Shown here: positions 54,016 to 64,000 of the stretch, piece by piece
Layout of the letters: every line of letters starts with the position of its first letter
Numbering within the stretch: position 1 is the stretch's first letter
Origin: Naegleria gruberi
Taxonomy: Eukaryota
NCBI GenBank assembly: GCA_000004985.1
Contig: GG738860.1
DNA: 64,000 nucleotides
Reading direction: 5' to 3' (one strand)
The notes under the pieces: model-generated
The model's database searches: none
Seen by the model: only the letters and a program-made list of their open reading frames with translations
Told to the model about the DNA's origin: nothing
Made by a program: the position numbers and the translations under genes

Positions 54016-55926
54016 ATGTTTAGACAAGCTTGTTCTTCATTGCTCTCATCATCTTTGCCAACAAAAACAACAAGAGCAAATTATTATTACAATAGGAGAT
54101 TGAATAATTCCTCTCTATTGAAATCCATCATTCAATACAATACCTTCTCTACATGTCTCTCACAAAATAATGCCTCGGAGAAGAAAACCAAATCATCAGC
54201 AGCAGCAACAACAACAGGAGGATTAATTACAACACCAATTTATTATGTAAATGGACCACCACATATTGGACATTTATTTACAACTATCCTCTCCGATTCC
54301 ATCTATTTGTACCATAAACAATTGAAGAATCGTCATGATATGATCTTTTCCACTGGTACTGATGAGCATGGTAGTAAAGTGCAAAGAACAGCCATTAAAA
54401 ATCTTCCCAATCAAAATACTTTGGATGATGAAACTATTAACAAGTCGTGTGTTGAATTTTGTGAGAAAATTTCTGAAACATTCAAGACCATGATGAAGGA
54501 TTTTAATATTCAATATACTCACTATTTAAGAACAAGTGCCACAAGGGAACATAGAGAAACAGTGGAAAGAGTTTGGAAGGAATTGGAAAAACGAGGAGAT
54601 ATTTATTTGGGAGAATATCAGGGATGGTATTGTACTACTGATGAAGCTTTCACAACAGATATTGAACAAGTTAAAATTACCAATGAAAAGGGAGAGGAAG
54701 AATTAGTGACATTGAGTAAAGCTTCAGGAAATAGATGTGAATTCGTGACTGAAAAGAATTATAAATTCAGATTGAGCAAATATATGGATAGAATTCAACA
54801 ATGGTTGGAAGAAAATCCAAATACAGTCAAACCAAAGGAAAGATACAATGAATTGATGGAATTAATTAAGAAGGAGAAGGAAAGAAGTCCAGAATCTCTC
54901 GATTTAAGTATTTCTAGAACAAGAGATCGTGTACAGTGGGGTATTCCAGTTCCAGATGATTCGGAACATACAATTTATGTTTGGCTTGATGCTTTGACAA
55001 ATTATCTTACTGCTGGTTCCACTCTCGCTAATGAATCACTCAATTGGCCACCAACTGTCCAAATTATTGGAAAAGACATTCTCAAATTCCATGGTATTTA
55101 CTGGCCTGCTTTTTTGATGGCTCTTGGAAAGGAACTTCCTGAAACCATTCTTGTTCACTCATATTGGCTTGTCAATGATGTAAAAATGTCCAAGTCTTTA
55201 GGCAATGTTGTATCACCATATGATTTGTTGAATCAAACTGGTGTTGAACATGACTTGTTACGTTACTATTTATTGAGTGAAGCTGTACTCAGTAATGATA
55301 GTAGTTTCAGTATGGTTAGATTCCCTGTTAAGGTGAATGAATTGGCTGATATTTTCGGAAATTTATTGACCAGAGCTTTTAATAAGAAATTCCATGCTGA
55401 AGAGGGAGAAATTCAATACAGAAATCTTCAATTTGATTGCCCTAATGCCGAACAAAATCCAAATCAAACTGCTCAAGAACTTATTGAATTACTCAATGAT
55501 TTACAAGAACAAGTTAGAAATGCCTATGAAGAAAGATGTGAAGTGAGATTTGCCAATCTTGCAGCCACAAAGATTTTAAAGAAGTGTAATCAATTATTTG
55601 ATGAAGTTAAACCATGGATTCTTGTTAAGGATGCAGTGGCTAATGCTCAACAAATTGAGGAGTTAATGTTTCTTGTTGCTGAAACTTTGAGAAACTGTTC
55701 TATTGCCCTTTACCCAGTTTTACCTCACAAGATGAATCAATCATTGAGCTTTTTCAATCAGTCCACACCATTGTTGGAAGATATTGGTTTCTGTAAGAAG
55801 GGTACTTCTATTCGCGTCAAATCCAATCCAGAAATCCTTTTCAAAAAGATAGAGGAAGTAAAACAACAAGAACATTCATCAAGAGGAAGAGGAAAGAACA
55901 AGGAAAAGAATGCTGAAAAGAAATAA
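54016..55926 (+). CDS. methionyl-tRNA synthetase, organellar (mitochondrial-type) with presequence
   Basis: HIGH motif PHIGHLFT and KMSKS motif VKMSKSLGNVV. Class I MetRS blocks WGIPVPDD, YVWLDAL, GKDILKFH. N-terminal ~60 aa are S/T/R-rich and presequence-like. K-rich tail. Confidence 0.85.
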   Translation: MFRQACSSLLSSSLPTKTTRANYYYNRRLNNSSLLKSIIQYNTFSTCLSQNNASEKKTKSSAAATTTGGLITTPIYYVNGPPHIGHLFTTILSDSIYLYHKQLKNRHDMIFSTGTDEHGSKVQRTAIKNLPNQNTLDDETINKSCVEFCEKISETFKTMMKDFNIQYTHYLRTSATREHRETVERVWKELEKRGDIYLGEYQGWYCTTDEAFTTDIEQVKITNEKGEEELVTLSKASGNRCEFVTEKNYKFRLSKYMDRIQQWLEENPNTVKPKERYNELMELIKKEKERSPESLDLSISRTRDRVQWGIPVPDDSEHTIYVWLDALTNYLTAGSTLANESLNWPPTVQIIGKDILKFHGIYWPAFLMALGKELPETILVHSYWLVNDVKMSKSLGNVVSPYDLLNQTGVEHDLLRYYLLSEAVLSNDSSFSMVRFPVKVNELADIFGNLLTRAFNKKFHAEEGEIQYRNLQFDCPNAEQNPNQTAQELIELLNDLQEQVRNAYEERCEVRFANLAATKILKKCNQLFDEVKPWILVKDAVANAQQIEELMFLVAETLRNCSIALYPVLPHKMNQSLSFFNQSTPLLEDIGFCKKGTSIRVKSNPEILFKKIEEVKQQEHSSRGRGKNKEKNAEKK

Positions 55927-55945
55927 TATATCAGATTCAGTAAAT

Positions 55946-58900
55946 TTATTGGTTGTTTGAAAGAACAAAGTAGCTGTTTCTGCACTTGACAGCAGCCTTT
56001 CTGACCTTTCTCTTCTTATCGTCCAAGCATGCTTCTAAACCTTTAATAATGTCCTTCTTTAAAGGATAAATTTCATAATACTTGTATCCGTTAGTGAGCT
56101 CCAATAATGCCTCAACTGAGAGTATTCTTACTGCTTGGGATTTTTTGAATTTACAGGTATCAAGAAGGATTGGAACAATTGATGACAAGTGGACAGACAT
56201 TTCTTCCTTGGCATCTGATAATAAAGTTAAAGTAGTCTTGATTGCTGCATACAATAAATCTTCCGAATTATTGTCTTGCTCTATCAGAATTTGCCTCATT
56301 TCCAAAAACTTTAAAACAATAGGGAAAATATTCTTAACCTCACTGAGAATAACCTTTGTTGGCACATTATGAATTAAATTAGATAATGCTAAAAGAATGG
56401 AGCCAATGATATGTGGTTGGGTTACTGTGTTAATAGAGTCCATCAACTTTCTCACATTGGTGGCAAAGAAACGTTGTTTGTACAAGACTTGAATAATGGC
56501 ATGATTTTCCTTGTGGATGGATGTTTCATCCTCTCCAATAGCAATCAGAAAACCTTCAGCAACCTTCTTATTAACCTTTGAACTATTATATTCAAAGACG
56601 AGAGAACCACACAACAATGAAGAGTACCTGTCTGCGTGAGGAACATAGGCTCCTCTCATGACCAATCCTTTCAAAATCCACGATACCATCTCAATGTATC
56701 TTTCAGCACTCTCACTATCTCCATTATATACGGTAAGCATTTGTGAAAAAGCATCAAACACTGTGGCATTACAAATTGTAATCAATTGTTGGAATTCAGT
56801 AGAATCCAAAGGCAACTTGTTTAATACTGAACCAACAAGTTGGGCAATACATTTGGTGACCTGGCTAGGTTGTTCTCCCTTCAATGCCATTTGTAATAAA
56901 GAATCCGTCATTGTTATCAAATTACCCATTCCAACAGTTGGTCTGCATGCTATTACAATAGCAGATAAAACTGAAATAAAGTTTTTAAGTCCAGTGCTAG
57001 GAACTGAATTGGCATATTGTAAAACACTATCCAGTACAACTTGTTGTAATTCATTTTCCAAAGATCTACCCAATAAAAGTGTCAAGAAGGAGAAATTTCC
57101 TTGATTGTGATGAACATGTGCACATTCTGAATCACTGCAATCCATTGTATCAGAATCGTCAACCATTTGTGAGGATGAATCAGTAACTGACATTTTAACA
57201 ATTCTTTGAATATAAGAAACCTTATCATGGGCTGGTATCAGTGATACGTCCAACGAGGTAATAGTCTCAAAAACTTTCACTCTCTCGTGCTCATAATGAG
57301 ATTCAGAAATTGGAATGCTTTCAATTCTCTCGAATAGTCTATGTGTAATGGAAGGTGTCATGGATGGACATACCTTTCCAACTGCTGAAATATTAGAAAG
57401 AATACGATTAATATGTTCAGACTTATTTTCACAACCATACAATGCACCGAAAAGTGGTACCAAAATATCTTCGCTAACAATATCTGGAGCATATTTGTAA
57501 ATCCAAGCAATATCCTTAATGACTCTTTCCTTATACTCTTCCAGTGAAGTGGCATGCAGTAAACTGAAAGATTTGTTTTCTTCACCGTACGATTTGAGGA
57601 GTATCCTTGAAACATAGATATCCCTCAACAATGTAGATGGTATTCTGAAAATGGCAATTCTTGAAATAGTTTCGACCATGACTAGGATCATTTCCTTGTC
57701 ATTCTTTGAAAATTCCTCTTCATAAATGGATAAAAATACTGTCTGTACTTGGCTAATAAGATTGAATACAACTTCTGGAAGTTGATTCTCACCTTTTTGT
57801 TCTGCAACAGCTTGCAAGAGTTGTGTTATCATGAGTAAACTTCCATATAACTTATCCTTGGTATCAGATTCACTCAGAGTAGCAACCAATTCAGGCATTA
57901 CTCTATTAAATACCATCATGGAAATTTCAAATGTTGGAACAGCGCAAGCATAAATCATTCTGGCATATTGAGCTGCAAACTTTGGTTCTTTTGACTTGAG
58001 TTCCAATAGGGCAGTACGTAAAATAGCTTCAATATTTGGAATGTCAAATGGTTTGTTACTTGGATCGTTTGGAATGATAACTATTCTTGCAATCTTGGTG
58101 ATGGATTCATAGCACTTCTTCATGACATCCATAGAGTTGGTTTTGACTGATTCAGCCTTGATGTATGACCAAATTTCTGTCAAATATTCTCTACTATTTA
58201 CTTCTCCAAATTTCTCAATGCAATAACACAAATAGTCCAATGTCTCTAACTTGGTATCGACGAGATCACTAGAAAGCTTTTCCAAAAGGAATGGAAATAG
58301 TGTAGGTGCAAAGAATTTGTTGCACCCAAAACAAAGTTTCAAACTCCTAGATAAATCCTCTCTGGTTATTCCTCTTGTATCATTTGCTGGTGGTGTATAG
58401 GTAATTGGGAAATAACAACTAGTAATGTCAAACAAGTCATCAGATACTGCTGATAATATTTTAGAGCTCAGTTCAGAGTCATCAAATATAGCAATAACTT
58501 TAGGAATCAAATTGAAACAGTATAATAAATTGCCAGGATCTCTTTCACCTTCCAATGATTGAATAAAACCATTCAAAAAGTCAATTGTTCGAACAATGGA
58601 AGGAAATCTGTCTGCCAATAGAGAAAACCATTCAAAGCACAAACTTCTAGTTTTTGTTGCATGAGCCACACCTGAAGTACTTCCAATTGATTGAATATTG
58701 ACATTTTCAAAGAATTGAAGAACTACATTAATAGCTTGCTCACTTGAAATGTATGAACTCCACTTTTTAAATAAAGAAAACAAGCATGGTAATAATGTAG
58801 CTAGACAATCAAAATCATAAAATCTATCACCAATAAATCTCAAAAGACTTGCTACCAGCTTGAGTTGTGTTGTTTGTTTTGTTTCATCAGTTTCACTTCC

Positions 58901-59158
58901 TACATTATTTGGTATATTTTCTAATATCAAATCCAAGACAGCATAAGCTGCTCCTCTAATTCGATCATCAGTAGCATGATTCAAGTATTCTCCCAATAAT
59001 TTAATTCCTTCATTGATCGTTAATGTTCCATTCACTACAAATTCTATTAATTTACTTTTAAGAGACTCCTTGTTGGTGTTCGGAAGAGTTGGATTGCACA
59101 AACTATCAATCAGTGAAATCAATTCTTGTTCTCCATTGCTGTTGGATGATGTTTGCAT
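55946..59158 (-). CDS. MMS19: MMS19 homolog (cytosolic Fe-S assembly targeting complex / NER-associated HEAT-repeat protein)
   Basis: 1070-aa HEAT-like ORF. N-terminal block INEGIKLLGEYLNHATDDRIRGAAYAVLDLIL and C-terminal LDDKKRKVRKAAVKCRNSYFVL match conserved MMS19 N- and C-terminal signatures. Confidence 0.65.
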   Translation of the reverse strand: MQTSSNSNGEQELISLIDSLCNPTLPNTNKESLKSKLIEFVVNGTLTINEGIKLLGEYLNHATDDRIRGAAYAVLDLILENIPNNVGSETDETKQTTQLKLVASLLRFIGDRFYDFDCLATLLPCLFSLFKKWSSYISSEQAINVVLQFFENVNIQSIGSTSGVAHATKTRSLCFEWFSLLADRFPSIVRTIDFLNGFIQSLEGERDPGNLLYCFNLIPKVIAIFDDSELSSKILSAVSDDLFDITSCYFPITYTPPANDTRGITREDLSRSLKLCFGCNKFFAPTLFPFLLEKLSSDLVDTKLETLDYLCYCIEKFGEVNSREYLTEIWSYIKAESVKTNSMDVMKKCYESITKIARIVIIPNDPSNKPFDIPNIEAILRTALLELKSKEPKFAAQYARMIYACAVPTFEISMMVFNRVMPELVATLSESDTKDKLYGSLLMITQLLQAVAEQKGENQLPEVVFNLISQVQTVFLSIYEEEFSKNDKEMILVMVETISRIAIFRIPSTLLRDIYVSRILLKSYGEENKSFSLLHATSLEEYKERVIKDIAWIYKYAPDIVSEDILVPLFGALYGCENKSEHINRILSNISAVGKVCPSMTPSITHRLFERIESIPISESHYEHERVKVFETITSLDVSLIPAHDKVSYIQRIVKMSVTDSSSQMVDDSDTMDCSDSECAHVHHNQGNFSFLTLLLGRSLENELQQVVLDSVLQYANSVPSTGLKNFISVLSAIVIACRPTVGMGNLITMTDSLLQMALKGEQPSQVTKCIAQLVGSVLNKLPLDSTEFQQLITICNATVFDAFSQMLTVYNGDSESAERYIEMVSWILKGLVMRGAYVPHADRYSSLLCGSLVFEYNSSKVNKKVAEGFLIAIGEDETSIHKENHAIIQVLYKQRFFATNVRKLMDSINTVTQPHIIGSILLALSNLIHNVPTKVILSEVKNIFPIVLKFLEMRQILIEQDNNSEDLLYAAIKTTLTLLSDAKEEMSVHLSSIVPILLDTCKFKKSQAVRILSVEALLELTNGYKYYEIYPLKKDIIKGLEACLDDKKRKVRKAAVKCRNSYFVLSNNQ

Positions 59159-59286
59159 TTTTTTGATTTTGCAAACAATGGAAGTCCGTGTTATTCTTTC
59201 ATGATTGTGCTGTACACAAGGATTTGAACAACATTTAAAGGTTGAATATTTAGGAAGCTATTGAAATATAATGTATTGAATTTTAA

Positions 59287-60600
59287 TTAAAAGGTTTTTG
59301 GAGTTAATTCTTCATCATCTTCCTCAGCACTTGCTTTCTTCTTCTTTTTCTTGGAGGCTTTCTTCTTTTTGGTGCTTGTAGATGCTGGGGGTTGAATAGC
59401 AAGAGAAGACCATTCATCACCTTGCACTTCTACAGTTTCGTGAAGTTGCTCTTGAGGTGATGTTGGAGAATCTGTAGGTGCTACAACAGGTGTTGTTATG
59501 TCTGTAGTGATGATGGCTTCACTTTCAGTGGTTATTGATTGTTCTTCTGTTGTTGTTGGAAGGGTTGGAACACTATCTGTTGGATCCATACTTGGTGCTT
59601 CTTGTTGCTCTGGAATTGTTGTGGATGTTAATAATTCATTTGTTGTGCATTGAATAGTTGGAGATGATTCCTCTGTTTTAGCTTCTTCTTGTGGAGTGAC
59701 AGGTTGTTGTGTTTCTTCTTCTTCTTGAATTGCTACTGGTTGTTCTGCTTCTACTTGTTGTTTTGGTTCATCCAGGATGAGTGGAGTAGAATTGGCCACT
59801 GTCAGAATGGTATTGTTCTTACCACTGACACTTCCATTATTACTTGATTGTCCACTCTTATTAGAGACATTGGCAACACTAGCAGTGGTACTCTTATTTG
59901 AAGCAGTGGCAACTTGTGCTTCGGAAGTTGTTGATTTTGATGAAGAAATGGCAGCTACTGTTGAATCTGTTACATTTGAAGGAGGATTTGATGTTGGTTG
60001 TACTGGGGAGGAAACAGCTGGAGTTGTTGCAGTGTGGAGTGATGAAATTGGTTGTTGAGGTTGTGTGGTAATGTTTGAAGGACGTGGTTGTTTTCTTGCT
60101 CCTTGTTGTTGAGTGTTTAGTTGTTGTACAAGTGGCACACTCACAAAATGGTTTTTCAATATCCGAATACTGTCTGAGAATATCCAAGGTGTGTTTGTGT
60201 TTATAGATTTACAGGCTAAGATCGCATAGTCGGCATCATAGATCTTTTCATTTACTTTCTTTGTTTTTAACATGTTCTGTTATTGTACAATAATATTTCC
60301 AATATTTTAATATAATATATAATTATTATTATAAAATAGATTATTGTTCAATAAAAGATTAATCCACAACAAACTTCCTACCTTTTGTTCAACCATCATT
60401 GGTACCTTTGTTCTTACGTGCTCCACAATTCTATACATTCCTACACTCGGTTCATTCATGATGTGATGAATATTCGAACTCCAAATATCACATAAATTTA
60501 AAACTGATTGTTTGGTATCAAGATCAAGAAAACGATCCGTAGAATCAGCAAGGGTTGGCACTGATCCCTTGTAGATTTCTCCTCTTGGTTGTCCTCTCAT
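59287..60600 (-). CDS. BORCS8/MEF2BNB-like protein with a long T/S/P/Q-rich extension, 2 exons
   Basis: Exons 60600-60382 and 60276-59287 with a 105-nt GTAGGA..CAG intron in phase 0. MNEPSVGMYRIVEHVRTKVPMMVEQK parallels human BORCS8 ANEPSVALYRLQEHVRRSLPELAQHK. IYDADYAILACKS parallels IYTVEYACSAVKN. Confidence 0.55.
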
Positions 60601-60699
60601 TTTTTAATATGAAAGATTTTTTGAGTTTTCTTTTAAGGGTTGAAACAATAATGTGTAGTAATAATGTGTATTCATTAACTACATTTTGAATTCAGTTTA

Positions 60700-63399
60700 T
60701 TACAAGATAACACAACCACCTCCTCCACCTCCACTGCTACTGGGTCTTGGGATGTTATTAATTTGAGTTCGGAGGTCTTGATTTTGTCTGGTTAGTTCAT
60801 CGAATTTTCTTTGAAATAATTCCTCCTGATTAGAATATTTGGAATGTATTTGAGCAACTTGGGAAGAGTATTCTTTCTTAATTTCTGTTTCTTTTTTGTC
60901 CCATTCCAATTTGAAATGGTTGAGGTCTTGTTCATGAGCTTGTTGCTGCTCTATTAAGGTATGTAAATGTTTTTCATTTTGCAGTTTCATATCTTCTAGT
61001 TCTTGTAAACGAGTAAGTTGTTCTGATTCGAGTTTGGTAATTTCAAGCCTTTGTTGTTCTTGTTCTAACATTTGTATTACCTTTTCGGATTCGTAATCCT
61101 GTAATTTGGATAAATAGTTAGCACATTCGACAGTTAAATTCTCAATATCTTGCAAAAGGTAAGTTCTAACTTGCTCTCTACCTGGACCTTTGCATTGAGC
61201 TTCGAATTGTTTCATTTGTCTTTCAGCCTCTTTCTCTAAATCTTGAACTGTGGCATCGTGGGTTAAAGCTCTAATAAAGAGTGATATATTTTGTTTCATT
61301 TCGGATCGTACTTGCTCGCACAACCTAACAGATTTGTCCATATTGTTACTTTCTATTTGGGATCTCTCTTTTTTAATTAATTCAAACAACTTGTCAGAAT
61401 ATTCTCTCAATATCTTTTCATCTTTTTCAAACATGGAGTCTCTGTTGAATATGTCAAGAATTGTTGCCCATGTTTTTGTGTGTTGTTTACGGATTTCACA
61501 AATTTCATAAATACTGTTACTGTTCAAATGTTTCTTCATTTCCCTTTCGTATAAATTTACACATTTTTCAATTGTCTTATTGTAGGTATTTTCAATTACC
61601 ATTGTAAATTTGTCCTCAATATTAGGAATCATTCCATGTGTTTTAATGGTTTTCAAATATAATAATATTAAAGTAACATAGCGAGTTCCATCTAATAAAC
61701 CTCCATTCATATTTTGTTTTGGTTTAATATTGGATGGAACGAAACTGTTAACAAAAGTAGACATTTCCTTAATGAAGTTAGCATTCAGTAAATGTTCTAC
61801 GTATGGAATATCAGGAACACAACCTGTAGCAGGTGCTTCCATATGATATGTATCAAAAGTTTCAAAAGATTCAATTACTTTTTTTCTTGAATCATTGTTG
61901 CAAACCTTATTCAAAATAAAGGAGGTAAGAGTCTTAAATTCAGCTGGTATATTCAATTTGAAATCTCTGAACAACCAAATACATCTTGGTTTCATATAAC
62001 TATTGCACTCCGTATTGTTTTGATTGGATGATTTCAATTGAATGTTTTGAGTGAATCTGGTGGTAATTTCAAGTGTCTCCATACTACTTGCTGTAGGACA
62101 AGTTGTGGTATTATAAATAAACAGAGATGATAGTAATACACTTAGAATCATAATGTGATTATCATCAGAAGCGTTAGCAGATGCTGCATCAACACCTTCA
62201 GTGTCTATCAATAAAACTTTCAATTTCTGATTGCCGTAGACCATTTCAATTGGCTCTGACCATATCCAAATTCCAAATGTTTTAGCTTCTACTGTGTGTC
62301 CTAAATGAAAGCTATCTGCAGGAACATTATCACCAACTAATCTACTAAGAGAGTATGATTTACCTTCCCTTGTTCTTCCAGCAAGTACAATTGCTCCAAT
62401 AGGCTCCTTGATATTTTTGATTATGTCAAGAGCTTGTTTCTGGAAGATTAAACCCTCTCTACGTCCGTTCTCTGATAACAGAATGTATTGACCATTGGGA
62501 GTGACCACCATATTTTTAGGAAGTAAGAGAGGAATTGCTTTACCGTGGAGTTTAACAACTTGAAAAGCAGGGTTTTGGGATGAGTTGTCTCCAGCAAATA
62601 CTAAAAGACCCCAATCGCCAAAATAATCCACGTTAACAACAATATTGTTTTCCATACAGAGGTAAATACTTTGATTTGTTGTAATATTTTCTCCAACATG
62701 ACATTGTCCATAAATGGTAAAGGTAGCATAATTTTTTTGATAATAGCCATTCTCAACTTCAAATCTATTAACATTTGGTGAAAGTACTAACTTTCTATGG
62801 ACTCTTGAAGAATAGATAAATACTGTATCTCCAGATTTAACAATACCATCTTTTGATTGATCATTAGCATTTACAAAATACAGTAGATCGTTTTCAGCAG
62901 AAAAGTGAGGGAGAGCTACTAATACATTTTGCTCCTTCAATCCCACATATAGATTGGTATTTGAGTTCATGATGGCTACTGGCTCTTTGTAAAATAAATT
63001 AGTATCTTTACACTTTTCAACAAATGGATCAAATATGCTATCTGAAACTAAATCAGGGTCTGCTTCCATTTCTTTAAGAATATCCTTTGAAGAGTTTGGT
63101 ACTTTGGAATCATTATCTATGGGTTGATCAAAGTCCATGTCAAGATAACTGAATGATTCGGCCAAATCTTCGAGACTATCATTAATAGCTTTTCTTTCTG
63201 AAGTATGAATGAAAGTGTAATATTCAATGGCGTCTTCAAGATGACCCATGCTATTTTGGATGGCTTCAAACACTAAATTCAAATCCGACAAATCCATTTC
63301 TATCATTCTCCAGAATGTTGAGGTGGCTAAATCGCAAGCTTCTTTTCCATACTCCTCAAAGTGTTTCTCGATTTTATCCAATACTGTGTGGTGATCCAT
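60700..63399 (-). CDS. guanylate-binding-protein (GBP)-type large GTPase with N-terminal extension, coiled-coil tail and CaaX box
   Basis: GBP signatures: PIGAIVLAGRTREGKSYSLSRLVG (P-loop), TFGIWIW, LLIDTEGV, LSVLLSSLFIYN, WLFRDFKL. About 285 aa of unassigned N-terminal sequence. C-terminal coiled coil ending GGGGGGCVIL* (CaaX with X=L). Confidence 0.8.
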   Translation of the reverse strand: MDHHTVLDKIEKHFEEYGKEACDLATSTFWRMIEMDLSDLNLVFEAIQNSMGHLEDAIEYYTFIHTSERKAINDSLEDLAESFSYLDMDFDQPIDNDSKVPNSSKDILKEMEADPDLVSDSIFDPFVEKCKDTNLFYKEPVAIMNSNTNLYVGLKEQNVLVALPHFSAENDLLYFVNANDQSKDGIVKSGDTVFIYSSRVHRKLVLSPNVNRFEVENGYYQKNYATFTIYGQCHVGENITTNQSIYLCMENNIVVNVDYFGDWGLLVFAGDNSSQNPAFQVVKLHGKAIPLLLPKNMVVTPNGQYILLSENGRREGLIFQKQALDIIKNIKEPIGAIVLAGRTREGKSYSLSRLVGDNVPADSFHLGHTVEAKTFGIWIWSEPIEMVYGNQKLKVLLIDTEGVDAASANASDDNHIMILSVLLSSLFIYNTTTCPTASSMETLEITTRFTQNIQLKSSNQNNTECNSYMKPRCIWLFRDFKLNIPAEFKTLTSFILNKVCNNDSRKKVIESFETFDTYHMEAPATGCVPDIPYVEHLLNANFIKEMSTFVNSFVPSNIKPKQNMNGGLLDGTRYVTLILLYLKTIKTHGMIPNIEDKFTMVIENTYNKTIEKCVNLYEREMKKHLNSNSIYEICEIRKQHTKTWATILDIFNRDSMFEKDEKILREYSDKLFELIKKERSQIESNNMDKSVRLCEQVRSEMKQNISLFIRALTHDATVQDLEKEAERQMKQFEAQCKGPGREQVRTYLLQDIENLTVECANYLSKLQDYESEKVIQMLEQEQQRLEITKLESEQLTRLQELEDMKLQNEKHLHTLIEQQQAHEQDLNHFKLEWDKKETEIKKEYSSQVAQIHSKYSNQEELFQRKFDELTRQNQDLRTQINNIPRPSSSGGGGGGCVIL

Positions 63400-63482
63400 C
63401 TAAATAGTTTTTTGTTGTTGGGTTGAAAAATTCTAAATTGTTTTCTCTTTTAAATTGCAAGCACCATCCGTTTTAATCAACA

Positions 63483-63559
63483 AAACGTGATTGTAGACTC
63501 AAATAAGTAACACTCATCACGTTTTACTAAACGAACAATACAACAGGGCGATCACGTTT
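63483..63559. promoter_or_regulatory. three copies of ATCACGTTT (one inverted) upstream of the GBP gene
   Basis: AAACGTGAT at 63483-63491 (inverted), ATCACGTTT at 63516-63524 and ATCACGTTT at 63551-63559. They lie 84-160 bp upstream of ATG 63399. The two direct copies are 35 bp apart. Confidence 0.4.
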
Positions 63560-63625
63560 CAGCATTTTTTAATATTTTTATTATTTTCAATTTTAAATTA
63601 AATGTGTTTAAATAATTATATTTAT

Positions 63626-64000
63626 TTACAAAATATTACAAAAACCAGATGATCTATTATTCATATTTGCAAGACTACTGGTTAGATTAGAAATTTGTCT
63701 TGAACTATCAGCAGATTGTTGTTGTAAAACATTAATCATTTGAGTCATTCTTTGTTCGGATTGAGCTTGCTGTTGAGTAAACATTTGATTCATATTTTGG
63801 AGATTTTCCTTATGTTCAAAGAGGAGTCTTTCTTGGAGTTCTTGCATTTTCTTCTTTTCATCATTTGATGCAGCAAGCATTTCTTTTTGGAATTCTTTGA
63901 TTTTGTCCATTGTTTCCTTGTATAATTCTTCTTTGGCTTTTTCAGATTGTTCGAGGTTTTCTAATTGCTGTCTGACTTTTGCAGTTTCTTGTTGGATGGC
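63626..64000 (-). CDS. 3' part of a coiled-coil protein ending in a CaaX box (gene continues beyond the window)
   Basis: The frame is open from the window edge to stop 63626. Q/E/K-rich heptad-like sequence ends ...NRSSGFCNIL*. This resembles the tail of the neighbouring GBP gene. Confidence 0.6.
   Translation of the reverse strand, partial: AIQQETAKVRQQLENLEQSEKAKEELYKETMDKIKEFQKEMLAASNDEKKKMQELQERLLFEHKENLQNMNQMFTQQQAQSEQRMTQMINVLQQQSADSSRQISNLTSSLANMNNRSSGFCNIL

Noticed and set aside
1-64000. Prokaryotic-style system (CRISPR array, defence island, operon, integron, IS element)
   Set aside because: The window is clearly eukaryotic. It has spliceosomal GT..AG introns, a Pol III tRNA with a T-run terminator, and genes such as importin, WASP, a homeobox gene and SIN1. 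I saw no direct-repeat/spacer arrays, terminal inverted repeats or transposase-like ORFs.

Overview
This is eukaryotic nuclear DNA, not prokaryotic. It is AT-rich and very gene-dense: about 40 protein-coding genes on both strands, one tRNA-Ser and two N-gaps. Most genes are single-exon. The rest carry short GT..AG introns (about 44-110 nt) with a strong GTAAGT donor, and ATGs sit in an A-rich context. Several ORF-track starts are TTG/GTG artefacts, so I moved those to the first ATG. Multi-exon models were phased by hand.

The gene content includes a complete WASP, a flagellar CFAP57-like protein, a 7TM-RGS receptor, SIN1, a TALE homeobox gene, importin-beta, MMS19 and UVSSA. This fits a free-living amoeboflagellate protist. 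A Naegleria-like heterolobosean is my unverified guess. I saw no CRISPR array, transposon, operon or prokaryotic defence island.

Most interesting observations:
- An 814-aa non-histone protein begins with a near-perfect histone H3 N-terminal tail (43297).
- A GBP-type GTPase with a novel N-terminal module and a CaaX box lies next to a second CaaX-ended coiled-coil gene.
- One TALE protein carries two homeodomains.
- An E2F-like TTTGGCG(G/C) element recurs in four promoters.
- An AGC kinase is fused to a WD40 propeller, with a 21-nt microexon.
- A bacterial YqjM-type Old Yellow Enzyme gene is a candidate horizontal transfer.
- A giant 2OG-Fe(II) oxygenase fusion.

All family calls rest on motifs I recognise by eye. 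No database search was possible.
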